Of a DNA stretch of 60,685 bases, positions 37,207 to 45,744 are shown one piece after another; position 1 is the first letter of the stretch; each line of letters starts with the position of its first letter. This DNA comes from Candidatus Omnitrophota bacterium (GTDB taxonomy: Bacteria > Omnitrophota > Gorgyraeia > Gygaellales > Profunditerraquicolaceae). The translations under genes and the position numbers were made by a program. The DNA lies in NCBI GenBank assembly GCA_041653055.1, contig JBAZGD010000004.1, forward strand, positions 1 through 60,685. Reading direction: 5' to 3'. The notes under the pieces are model-generated. The model had not been told where the DNA came from, did no database searches, and worked only from the letters and a program-made list of their open reading frames with translations.

Positions 37207-38741
37207 ATAAAACTATGAAGAAAAAAACGCAGGGCTTTAAGGATTTAGAAAAGATAGTTGCCTTAGGAAGGCAGAAGGGCTTTCTTACTTATGATGAGGT
37301 GAATAATCTTTTGCCTGAGGATATTTCTTCCTCCGATGACCTGGACCGGCTCTTTGAGCTTTTGGGGAATGAGGATATACAGGTAGTAGAGCGCCAGGAG
37401 GAGAGGCTAAACGAAAAGAATGTTTTGATAAAGGAAGGCCTTCTGGCGGAGCAGCTGAAGAGCGAGGAGCGCTTTATCCCTTTAGATGATCCGGTTAAAA
37501 TGTATTTAAAGCAGATGGGCTCGATCTCTCTTTTGTCCCGCGAGCGCGAGATTGAGTTAGCTAAAAAAATAGAAGAGGCAGAGGAGAAATTCAAGCGCTC
37601 AGCTTTAAGCACCCGGCTGGTACGCAATCAAACGGTGTCAGTTGCTAACGATATCGTTGAGGGCAAGACAAATCCGGAAGAAGTGGTCAAGGAAGATGTA
37701 AGGATTAAGAAAAGCGGGGTTTTGGGCAAGATTAAAAGGACCTTAAAAAAACTTAAGCGCGCGAGGAGCGAGGCCCTTGCTATTGGCCTGCTCCTGGATT
37801 TTAATTTTGTAACTTCCGTAGTAGAGGTATCGGTGCGCAAGCTTATTAAGCTGGTCCGGGAATTGGACCAGTTATCCCGGCAGGGCAGGCGCAGTTTTTC
37901 AAGAAGGCAGGAAATATTAAAAGAGCTGGGGTCCCCTTATAAAAAGATAAAAGAGCAGATAAAATTAATTAAATCCGCGCACATTAAGTTTAACCGCGCC
38001 AAGAAGAAACTGGTAGAGGCTAATCTCAGGCTGGTAGTGAGTATAGCAAAGAAATATACCAACAGGGGGCTTTCCTTTTTAGATTTAATACAGGAGGGCA
38101 ATATCGGGTTGATGCGGGCGGTTGAAAAGTTTGAATACCGCAGGGGTTATAAGTTTTCCACTTATGCAACCTGGTGGATAAGGCAGGCGATAACCCGCTC
38201 TATCGCTGATCAGGCGCGCACTATCCGTATCCCTGTCCATATGACTGAAACGATAAATAAGATTATACGGTATTCGCGTATTTTTGTTCAGGAAAACGGC
38301 AGGGAGCCTACTCCCGAGGAGATATCTTATAAAATGCGCCTGCCGCAGGAAAAGGTAAAATCAATATTAAAGATTGCCCAGGAGCCCATATCATTGCAGA
38401 TGCCCATAGGGGATGAGGGGGATACCCATTTTGGTGATTTTATACAGGATAAAAAGGCGGTATCACCCGCCAATGCCACTGTCCGCTCTATGCTTAAGGA
38501 TGAGATGAACTCGGCGCTGGATACATTAACTGACCGCGAGAGGAAGATTCTGGTTTTGCGGTTTGGCATCTCAGACGGAGCTGCCCGGACATTAGAGGAA
38601 GTAGGAAATGTTTTTAAGGTTACCAGGGAAAGGGTGCGCCAGATTGAGGCAAAGGCGCTGAAGAAACTGCGCCATCCCACGCGTTCGCGGAGATTACGCA
38701 CTTTTTTGGATATGACCTTGGCGCATCAGAGGGAATATTAA
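37203..38741 (+). CDS. rpoD: Primary RNA polymerase sigma factor (sigma70)
   Basis: Region 1.1, [44 protein letters not shown][14 protein letters not shown]. GTG 37203 or ATG 37215. Confidence 0.98.
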   Translation: MNKTMKKKTQGFKDLEKIVALGRQKGFLTYDEVNNLLPEDISSSDDLDRLFELLGNEDIQVVERQEERLNEKNVLIKEGLLAEQLKSEERFIPLDDPVKMYLKQMGSISLLSREREIELAKKIEEAEEKFKRSALSTRLVRNQTVSVANDIVEGKTNPEEVVKEDVRIKKSGVLGKIKRTLKKLKRARSEALAIGLLLDFNFVTSVVEVSVRKLIKLVRELDQLSRQGRRSFSRRQEILKELGSPYKKIKEQIKLIKSAHIKFNRAKKKLVEANLRLVVSIAKKYTNRGLSFLDLIQEGNIGLMRAVEKFEYRRGYKFSTYATWWIRQAITRSIADQARTIRIPVHMTETINKIIRYSRIFVQENGREPTPEEISYKMRLPQEKVKSILKIAQEPISLQMPIGDEGDTHFGDFIQDKKAVSPANATVRSMLKDEMNSALDTLTDRERKILVLRFGISDGAARTLEEVGNVFKVTRERVRQIEAKALKKLRHPTRSRRLRTFLDMTLAHQREY

Positions 38742-38750
38742 ATTTTCTTT

Positions 38751-41489
38751 ATGGATGAAAAGGGTAATTTACGGCATAACTCTGATGAGCGTTTAAGCGA
38801 TGAGTTAAAATTCCTCCAAATCCGCATTACTGAACTGGAGAAGGCAGAGTCACACCATAGGCTTTCCGACCAGCTTCTGCGTAAAACCGAACTCCAGCAA
38901 AAAGCCATATTAAATAGCGTACCGGATATTGCCTGGTTAAAAGACAAAGACGGCAGGTTTATAGTTGTTAATGAGGCCTTTGGAAGGTCTTGCGGACTCA
39001 GGGCTGAGGATGTCATTGGCAAAACAGATTTGGATATATGGCCGGTTGAATTAGCGCAGGGTTACCGGGAAGATGACCAGGAGGTTATCAGGACAGGCAA
39101 ACGCAAGCGCATTGAAGAGCCCTTATCGGATAAAGAGGGCAGGATTAAGTGGATAGAGACTATTAAAACTCCTATATGCGCAGATAAGGGGGATATTATA
39201 GGTACTGTTGGCATAGCCCGCGATATTACTGAGCGCAAGAAATATGAAGACAGGCTGCGAGAGACAAAGGCAGAGCTTGAGATCAGGGTAAAGGTAAGGA
39301 CTGCGGAGCTGACCAGGGTTAACGAAGACTTAAGGAAAGAGATTGAGTCTCATAAGCGCGATGAGGTAAGTTTAAATTTTATTAAGACCGCTATGGACCG
39401 CGCTGCTGAGGCGCTCTTTCTTATTGACTCTACGGGGAAGTTTCTTTATGTTAATAAAATGGCTTGTGATTTATTAGGCTATTCTAGGGATGAGCTTATT
39501 GGCAATAAGGAACTTAAGGATATTGATCCGAATTACGGGCCTGAGAATTGGGGAAAACACTGGGATGAGTTAATTACTAAATCCAAATTAGTTTTTGAGT
39601 CGCAACATAAAACCAGGGAAGGCGGGATTATCCGGGTAAGAATTATCGCCAATGCCTTTGCCTTCGAAGGCCAAACAGTGAATTTTGCCTTTGTTACCAA
39701 TATAGAGGACGAAATAAGGATGAAGGAGGATATTGCCCGCTATCAGGCGCATCTTGAGGAGTTGGTGAAAGAACGCACGCAAGCCCTTGAAAAAGAGCTG
39801 AGCCTGCGTAAAGAACTTGAAGCAGAAGGGTCGCGCCTTAAAAGGCAGATAGAGTTTGTGCTTGGAGCGACAAAGACAGGTTTAGATATAATTGATTCGG
39901 AGTTTAATCTTTTGTTTGTGGATCATGAGTGGTCAAAGATTTATGGCGATTACCGTGGCAGGAAGTGCTATGAGTATTTTATGGGGGCTAAGTCAGAGTG
40001 TAGAGATTGCGGGGTAAGGAAGGCCTTAAGAACGAAGAAAATCACCGTTTCAGAAAAGGTGCTTCCCGCTGAAAATAACAGGTTAGTGCAGGTTATAAGC
40101 CTGCCTTATAAGTCAGACGACGGTAAATGGCTGGTAGCTGAGGTTAATGTAGATATAACTGAACGCAAGAAGACTGAAGAAGAGTTAACTAAGTACAGGG
40201 ATCACCTCGAAGATATAGTTAGAGAGAGGACCGTAGAGCTTTTGAAAGAAATATCCGAGCATAAAGATGCCAGGCGTAGAATAGCGGTTTTAGCCGATGA
40301 TTTGACCGATTCTAATAAAAAACTAAAGCAGCTATCGCTCACTGATTCACATACCGGTTTATACAATCACCGTTATCTGGGAGAGGTTATCGAGGCGGAA
40401 TTCCATCGCTCCAGAAGATTTGCCCACCATTTGGCGATTATTATGCTGGATATAGATTTCTTTAAATCTATAAACGATGTCTACGGCCATCAATTCGGAG
40501 ACCTTGTCTTAAAGCAGTTTGCCGGCGAATTAAAGAAGATAGTAAGAAGGTATGATATTGTCATAAGGTTTGGAGGAGAGGAGTTTTTGGTGATTTCTCC
40601 GGGCATAGACAGGCAGCAGGTATTTGCGCTTTCCCAGAGGATCCTTGAAGATTTCAACCGCCATAATTTCGGCAATAAAAAGCACGCTATTAAGCTTAAA
40701 ATAAGCATTGGCGCTGTTTCTTATCCCGAGGATAATGCCGGCAGAGGTATGGATTTGGTGAATTTGGCGGATCAAATTCTTAATAAGGTTAAGGAATCAG
40801 GCGGGAACAGGGTTTATCTATTATCCGATTTAAAGAAGGAAGATAAAGCCTCCAGGAGGAAAAGAGATAGCAGCCCGGGCATTAATGTCCTTAAAAGTAA
40901 AATCGAGAAACTTAACAAAAGGGCCAATCAAAGCTTAACCGAAGCAATCCTTGCCTTTGCTAAAACAATAGAGCTAAAAGACCATTATACCGGCGAGCAT
41001 GTGGAGCTTACCGGGCATTTCGCCACTTTGATTGCTAATAAGCTTGGCTTAGATCGTGATGAAGTGGAGCTGATCCGCCAAGCATCGATTCTGCACGATT
41101 TAGGCAAAATTGGCATTAGCGAGAAGATTTTGCTTAAAAAGTCCAAGCTCACAGAGAAAGAGTTCGAAGAGATAAAGAAACACCCCCAGATCGGGGCGGA
41201 TATATTAAGGCCGATACATTTTCTGCAAGGATTAATACCGATTATTTTTTATCACCACGCAAGGTGGGATGGCAAAGGTTACCCCAGGGGCATAAGGGGA
41301 GAAGATATCCCTATCGGAGCCAGGATTATAGCGCTTGCGGATGTTTATCAAGCCTTAACCAGTGATAGGCCTTATCGAAAGGCGTATTCTAGGCTTAAGG
41401 CTGCGAAGATTATTAGGTCTGGCTCCGGCACGCAATTTGACCCTAAAATTACCGAGATCTTCCTTGGTATCCTCCAGGAAGAAGAATAA
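38751..41489 (+). CDS. Multi-PAS diguanylate cyclase / HD-GYP phosphodiesterase hybrid
   Basis: Three PAS/PAC units separated by ERT-type signalling helices; RRYD I-site with GGEEF; HD (LHDLGK), HHARWDGKGYP, ADV-x-x-ALTSDRPYR. Confidence 0.93.
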   Translation: MDEKGNLRHNSDERLSDELKFLQIRITELEKAESHHRLSDQLLRKTELQQKAILNSVPDIAWLKDKDGRFIVVNEAFGRSCGLRAEDVIGKTDLDIWPVELAQGYREDDQEVIRTGKRKRIEEPLSDKEGRIKWIETIKTPICADKGDIIGTVGIARDITERKKYEDRLRETKAELEIRVKVRTAELTRVNEDLRKEIESHKRDEVSLNFIKTAMDRAAEALFLIDSTGKFLYVNKMACDLLGYSRDELIGNKELKDIDPNYGPENWGKHWDELITKSKLVFESQHKTREGGIIRVRIIANAFAFEGQTVNFAFVTNIEDEIRMKEDIARYQAHLEELVKERTQALEKELSLRKELEAEGSRLKRQIEFVLGATKTGLDIIDSEFNLLFVDHEWSKIYGDYRGRKCYEYFMGAKSECRDCGVRKALRTKKITVSEKVLPAENNRLVQVISLPYKSDDGKWLVAEVNVDITERKKTEEELTKYRDHLEDIVRERTVELLKEISEHKDARRRIAVLADDLTDSNKKLKQLSLTDSHTGLYNHRYLGEVIEAEFHRSRRFAHHLAIIMLDIDFFKSINDVYGHQFGDLVLKQFAGELKKIVRRYDIVIRFGGEEFLVISPGIDRQQVFALSQRILEDFNRHNFGNKKHAIKLKISIGAVSYPEDNAGRGMDLVNLADQILNKVKESGGNRVYLLSDLKKEDKASRRKRDSSPGINVLKSKIEKLNKRANQSLTEAILAFAKTIELKDHYTGEHVELTGHFATLIANKLGLDRDEVELIRQASILHDLGKIGISEKILLKKSKLTEKEFEEIKKHPQIGADILRPIHFLQGLIPIIFYHHARWDGKGYPRGIRGEDIPIGARIIALADVYQALTSDRPYRKAYSRLKAAKIIRSGSGTQFDPKITEIFLGILQEEE

Positions 41490-41520
41490 TCCTCCTCCTT
41501 TAAATTACCTAACTTTTATC

Positions 41521-41549
41521 TTGCTAAAAGCATTAAAAAATAGTAAAAT
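41521..41549 (+). promoter_or_regulatory. Sigma70-type promoter for the tRNA pair
   Basis: TTGCTA-N17-TAAAAT, 15 bp upstream of the first tRNA. Confidence 0.6.
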
Positions 41550-41564
41550 AATTTTCTAACTTTT

Positions 41565-41636
41565 GGGCCCATAGCTCAGTGGTAGAGCAGGTGACTCATA
41601 ATCACTTGGTCGGAGGTCCGAATCCTTCTGGGCCCA
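41565..41636 (+). tRNA. tRNA-Ile2 (anticodon CAT, lysidine type; elongator Met not excluded); CCA not encoded
   Basis: Acceptor GGGCCCA/TGGGCCC, D-arm AGCTCAGTGGTAGAGC, anticodon arm GGTGA-CTCATAA-TCACT closely resembling ileX-type tRNAs. T-loop TCCGAAT. Confidence 0.9.
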
Positions 41637-41644
41637 ATAAATCA

Positions 41645-41718
41645 GGGCATTTAGCTCAGTTGGTTAGAGCGCTACATTCACATTGTAGAGGCCAGAGGTC
41701 CGAGTCCTCTAATGCCCA
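41645..41718 (+). tRNA. tRNA-Val (anticodon CAC); CCA not encoded
   Basis: Acceptor GGGCATT/AATGCCC, anticodon arm CTACA-TTCACAT-TGTAG, T-arm AGAGG-TCCGAGT-CCTCT. Confidence 0.92.
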
Positions 41719-41731
41719 TTAAAAAAAGGAG

Positions 41732-42463
41732 ATGATTTTGCCCGGGACTAAGCTTAAAGCGCAGCTAGGAAGTTTAATCAAGCTTCAGGAATTAGATACT
41801 CAGATATATAAATTACGGCTGGAGAAGTCTTTAAAGCCGCAGGAGATAAAGATCCTTGAGGATTCCTTTGAGGCTAAGAAAGCGCATTTGGCGCAACTGG
41901 AGAAAAGCCTGCTTGATCTTGCCAAGCAAAAGAAAGACAGGGAGCTGGAGCTGGGCTCTAAAGAGGAGGCAACCGTTAAACTGCAGGGACAGTTGTATTC
42001 TCTAAAGACAAATAAAGAATACCAGACGATGCTCCAGCAGATACAAGACTCTAAAGCTGACGTCTCTGTTATAGAAGATAAAATATTGGCGTTGTTGGTA
42101 GAGACGGATAAGGTTAAGGCGCAGGTGGAAGAGGAGAAGTCTAGGGTTAAAGAAGAAGAAAAGGTGTTTTTATCAGAGAAGGCAGTGGTAGAATTAAGGG
42201 TCAAGGAGATAGAGGAGCGCTTGAGCCAGTTAGATGCGCAAAGAAAACAGGCGCTGGTGGATATCGAACCCAAAATTCTGTCTCAATACGAGAGGATACT
42301 TGCAAGCCGCGACGGGCTGGCTATAGTCACGGTGAAGGGAAGTTCCTGCGGTGGGTGCAATATGTTTGTGCCTCCCCAGGTAATCAATTTAATTAAGATG
42401 TATGAACGCATCATTACCTGCGAAACCTGCAACCGGATGCTTTACATAAATGAGGCTGATTAA
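41732..42463 (+). CDS. Coiled-coil protein with C-terminal C4 zinc ribbon (zf-RING_7; CT398/HP0958-like)
   Basis: LQELDTQI, long coiled coil with KTNKEY, CGGC...CETCNRMLY. Confidence 0.92.
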   Translation: MILPGTKLKAQLGSLIKLQELDTQIYKLRLEKSLKPQEIKILEDSFEAKKAHLAQLEKSLLDLAKQKKDRELELGSKEEATVKLQGQLYSLKTNKEYQTMLQQIQDSKADVSVIEDKILALLVETDKVKAQVEEEKSRVKEEEKVFLSEKAVVELRVKEIEERLSQLDAQRKQALVDIEPKILSQYERILASRDGLAIVTVKGSSCGGCNMFVPPQVINLIKMYERIITCETCNRMLYINEAD

Positions 42464-42478
42464 GCTCAAGCATTCTTA

Positions 42479-42958
42479 ATGAAGGAATTAGAGATATATA
42501 TTGACGGGGCCTCTAAGGGAAATCCCGGGCCAAGCGGGATAGGGGTGGTAATCTGCCATTGCGGATGCGTTATAAAGAATGTATCCGCTTATATTGGTAA
42601 TGCTACGAATAATGTCGCCGAGTACACGGCGCTGATTTACGCTTTAAAAGAGGCCATGGGCTTGAAAGCGGATTATTTAATTGTAAAGACGGACAGCCAG
42701 CTTCTTGCCCGCCAGTTAAATAAGGTATATAAGGTCAGGAATGCAAATATATCGGGGCTTTATAACCAGTCTCTGGGGCTTTTGGGTTTATTCAAGAAGT
42801 TTTCAATTCACAGTATCCCGCGCGAGGAAAATAAGGGTGCCGATAAATTAGCAACCCTGGCGGTAAATAGGTTCTTTCGTAAAAATGAGCAGGCGGAATG
42901 TGGCTGCTCGCCGGGTAAACCGGCGGGAGGAAAGTCCGGGCTCCAAAGGAAGGCGTAA
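42479..42958 (+). CDS. rnhA: Ribonuclease HI (3' end overlaps rnpB)
   Basis: IYIDGASKGNPG, TNNVAEY, TDSQL, REENK-x-AD-x-LA. Confidence 0.93.
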   Translation: MKELEIYIDGASKGNPGPSGIGVVICHCGCVIKNVSAYIGNATNNVAEYTALIYALKEAMGLKADYLIVKTDSQLLARQLNKVYKVRNANISGLYNQSLGLLGLFKKFSIHSIPREENKGADKLATLAVNRFFRKNEQAECGCSPGKPAGGKSGLQRKA

Positions 42959-43232
42959 CAGGCTAATACCTGTCCCCGTTGGTATTTAACGGGAGGATAA
43001 GAGCCACAGAGACGATTAAAGGTGAAACGAGGCAATCTCTGCGCGGAGCAAGGCGAATAGGAGATGAGTCTGCCGCAAGGCAGCCAGGTGCTTTTCCGGC
43101 GCCTTATCAATCTCGGGTGTTAAGCTGCTAGAATCCCGGGGCCTTTAAGGCCCCGGGATCTCAGAGGAATAGCCACTTTAGATGCGTTTATACTCGCAAT
43201 CGAGACAGAACCCGGCTTATTTTGCCTGCTCA
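42886..43232 (+). ncRNA. rnpB: RNase P RNA
   Basis: P1 TGAGCAGGC/GCCTGCTCA; P4 halves GAGGAAAGTCC (42927-42937) and ACAGAACCCGGCTTAT (43205-43220); GGAGCAAG, CGGG...GCTGCT. Confidence 0.97.
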
Positions 43233-43274
43233 CTTAAATGATAATACAACGATACAAAAAAAGGGAGGATCAAG

Positions 43275-44030
43275 ATGTCAGGTCATTCTAAATGGAAGAC
43301 AAATAAGGGAAAGAAAAGTATAGCCGACGCTAAGAAAGGCGCTGCTTATACAAAGATAATTAAGGAGATTACCGTTATCGCCCGTGAGGGGGGCGGTAAT
43401 CCTGATACAAACCCCAGGCTTCGCGCGGTGATGCAGAAGGCAAAAGAAGCCAATATGCCTTCCGATAACGTAAAGATGGCTATTAAACGCGGCACGGGGG
43501 AGTTGCCAGGCGTGGTTTATGAGACAGCTGTATATGAGGCGTATGGCCCCGGCGGCGTGGCGATGATGATAGAGGTTTTAACTGATAATAAAAACCGTAC
43601 CAGTGCTGAGATCCGTAATATTATGTCAAAGAAAAACGGTAATTTTGCCGGAGCGGGCGCGGTAAGCTGGATGTTCACCATGAAAGGTTACTTTCTTATT
43701 GAAAAGTCCCAGGCAAAGGAAGACGAACTGATGAATCTTGTTTTAGATGCCGGGGCAGAGGATATGAAGGCGGATGATAAGAATTACGAAATTTTTTGTG
43801 CTCCGCAGAATTTCGAAAAAGTAAAGCAGGCTATTGAAGAAAAAGGAATTAAGCCTCAGGATGCGGAGGTAACCATGATTCCTTCCTCTACCATAAAATT
43901 AACCGGCAGCGATGCCAAGCAGCTCTTAAGCCTTATCGATTCCCTGGAGGACCATGATGACGTGCAGCAGGTTTACGCGAACTTCGATATTCCGGATGAG
44001 ATAATGGAAAAAATAGCCGCGGAAAGCTAA
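43275..44030 (+). CDS. yebC: YebC/PmpR-family protein
   Basis: MSGHSKW, NPRLR, YEAYGPGG, TDNKNRT, DDVQQVYAN. Confidence 0.97.
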   Translation: MSGHSKWKTNKGKKSIADAKKGAAYTKIIKEITVIAREGGGNPDTNPRLRAVMQKAKEANMPSDNVKMAIKRGTGELPGVVYETAVYEAYGPGGVAMMIEVLTDNKNRTSAEIRNIMSKKNGNFAGAGAVSWMFTMKGYFLIEKSQAKEDELMNLVLDAGAEDMKADDKNYEIFCAPQNFEKVKQAIEEKGIKPQDAEVTMIPSSTIKLTGSDAKQLLSLIDSLEDHDDVQQVYANFDIPDEIMEKIAAES

Positions 44031-44513
44031 ATGAAAATACTGGGAATCGACCCGGCGTTAACTTTAACGGGTTACGGGGTAATCATTTCCCAAAACAATA
44101 ATTTTTCCCTGGTTGAGGCAGGTATAATCGCCACAAAGCCAAAAGATAACATAGCTATACGGCTTAAGAAAATATTTAATTCGGTAGTTAAGCTTATAGG
44201 CGATACTAAACCGGACTGCCTGGTTTTGGAAAAAATATATTCGCATTACCGTCATCCGGCTACTTCATATATATTGGGTCAGGCGCGCGGGGTAATTTGT
44301 CTGGCTTGTGCGGTTAGCGATGTCCCGCTGGTTGAATATGCGGCAACAAGAGTCAAGAAGGCAATAGTCGGGAAGGGCCTGGCTTCCAAGCTTCAGGTGC
44401 AGAGGATGGTTGCGTCAGTTTTGGGGTTAGATAAACTTCCCAGGTATATGGATGTAACTGACGCCCTGGCTTTAGCTATAGCCCATAGTTATATAGCAAG
44501 GAAGGCAAGATGA
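44031..44513 (+). CDS. ruvC: Holliday junction resolvase RuvC
   Basis: ILGIDP, G-x-ARGV, VKKAIVG-x-G-x-A-x-K-x-QV, DVTDALALA. Confidence 0.97.
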   Translation: MKILGIDPALTLTGYGVIISQNNNFSLVEAGIIATKPKDNIAIRLKKIFNSVVKLIGDTKPDCLVLEKIYSHYRHPATSYILGQARGVICLACAVSDVPLVEYAATRVKKAIVGKGLASKLQVQRMVASVLGLDKLPRYMDVTDALALAIAHSYIARKAR

Positions 44514-45139
44514 TTTCAGGTATTTCAGGAAGGGTGGTTGAGAAGGGGGATAATTATTTAATACTGGAGGTAGGCGGTATATCCTATCAGGTATTCATAC
44601 CTACGGCGGTTATGGAGCGCATAGGCGAATCGGTGGATGCAGACGGAAAGATCAGCCTGAAGATTTTTCACTACCTGCAGTCTGAGCCGAATAAAAGTAT
44701 TCCGGTTTTAGTAGGATTCTTAAATGATATTGAGAGGGATTTCTTTGAGGTTTTTATTACCGTCTCAGGCATAGGCCCGCGCGCTGCCTTGAGGGCTTTA
44801 AATAAGCCGATATCTGAGATTGCCCGGGCAATAGACGAGGCGGATTTGGCCTATTTAAAATCGCTTCCGGGTATAGGCCAGCAAAGGGCCCGTGAAATTA
44901 TTGCTAAGCTTCAGAATAAGATCGGGAAGTTCGGATTGATTCAGGATTGCCGCCGGCAAAAAGAAGATTTTACCAAATCCAGGGGTATATCGGATGAGGC
45001 CTTAGCCGTCCTGGCGCAGTTAGAATATAAAAAACATGAGGCATTGAATATGATTAGAAGGGCGATAGAGTCATCCCCCAAGGTTTCGACAACCGAAGAA
45101 TTATTAAACCTGGTATATAAACAGAAGAAGGCAAAATAA
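44510..45139 (+). CDS. ruvA: Holliday junction DNA-binding protein RuvA
   Basis: LEVGGISY, HhH motifs VSGIGPRAAL and LPGIGQQRA-x-x-II, C-terminal domain III. Confidence 0.95.
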   Translation: MISGISGRVVEKGDNYLILEVGGISYQVFIPTAVMERIGESVDADGKISLKIFHYLQSEPNKSIPVLVGFLNDIERDFFEVFITVSGIGPRAALRALNKPISEIARAIDEADLAYLKSLPGIGQQRAREIIAKLQNKIGKFGLIQDCRRQKEDFTKSRGISDEALAVLAQLEYKKHEALNMIRRAIESSPKVSTTEELLNLVYKQKKAK

Positions 45140-45744
45140 TGGGAGATAACCGTAAATCTGTAATTGAGGCTCTGCTTCTCGCAAGCGAAAGACCCCTGGG
45201 CCTGGAAAAGATAAGGGATGTGCTGGATAATTTGCCGGCTAAAGATACTTTAGGGTTGATTGAAGAACTGAAGAAAGAATATGATGATGGCAGCCGCGGC
45301 ATAAGGGTTGTAGAGATTGCGGGAGGCTTTCAGATGATAACGGCTCCGGAGTTTGCGCCTTTCCTAAAGAAACTCTTTAAGGGCCGTAATACCGAGAGAT
45401 TATCCAAGCCTGCCCTTGAAACCTTAGCCATTATTGCCTACAAACAACCTTTAACCAGGGGTGAGATAGAGTTATTGAGAAATGTTAATGTAGACGGGGT
45501 AATGAAGAGTTTATTGGATAAAAGCCTGATTCGTATTACCGGCAGGAAGAAGGCTGCGGGTAATCCCTATGTTTACGGCACGACCCGGCAGTTTTTAGAG
45601 CATTTTGGGCTGAAGTCGCTTCAGGACCTGCCTAAAATCGAGGATTTTTCATCTTTAGCAGAGAAGACAGAGCTGATTGAAGAATTCCCGGAAGTAGAAA
45701 AACAAGCGGAGGGGGAGAATGGACCTGAAAACATTACGCAATAA
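45139..45744 (+). CDS. scpB: SMC-Scp complex subunit ScpB
   Basis: IEALLLAS, IAGGFQ, LS-x-PALETLAIIAYKQP-x-TRGEIE-x-x-R-x-V, YGTT-x-x-FLEHFGL-x-SL-x-DLP. Confidence 0.96.
   Translation: MGDNRKSVIEALLLASERPLGLEKIRDVLDNLPAKDTLGLIEELKKEYDDGSRGIRVVEIAGGFQMITAPEFAPFLKKLFKGRNTERLSKPALETLAIIAYKQPLTRGEIELLRNVNVDGVMKSLLDKSLIRITGRKKAAGNPYVYGTTRQFLEHFGLKSLQDLPKIEDFSSLAEKTELIEEFPEVEKQAEGENGPENITQ

Noticed and set aside
42808-43110. 100-aa minus-strand ORF and the nearby 41362-41559 ORF
   Set aside because: The first is the antisense of rnhA/rnpB; the second overlaps the HD-GYP 3' end and the tRNA promoter.
43132-43160. Strong 12-bp hairpin as a terminator or new repeat
   Set aside because: It lies at the P18 position inside rnpB.
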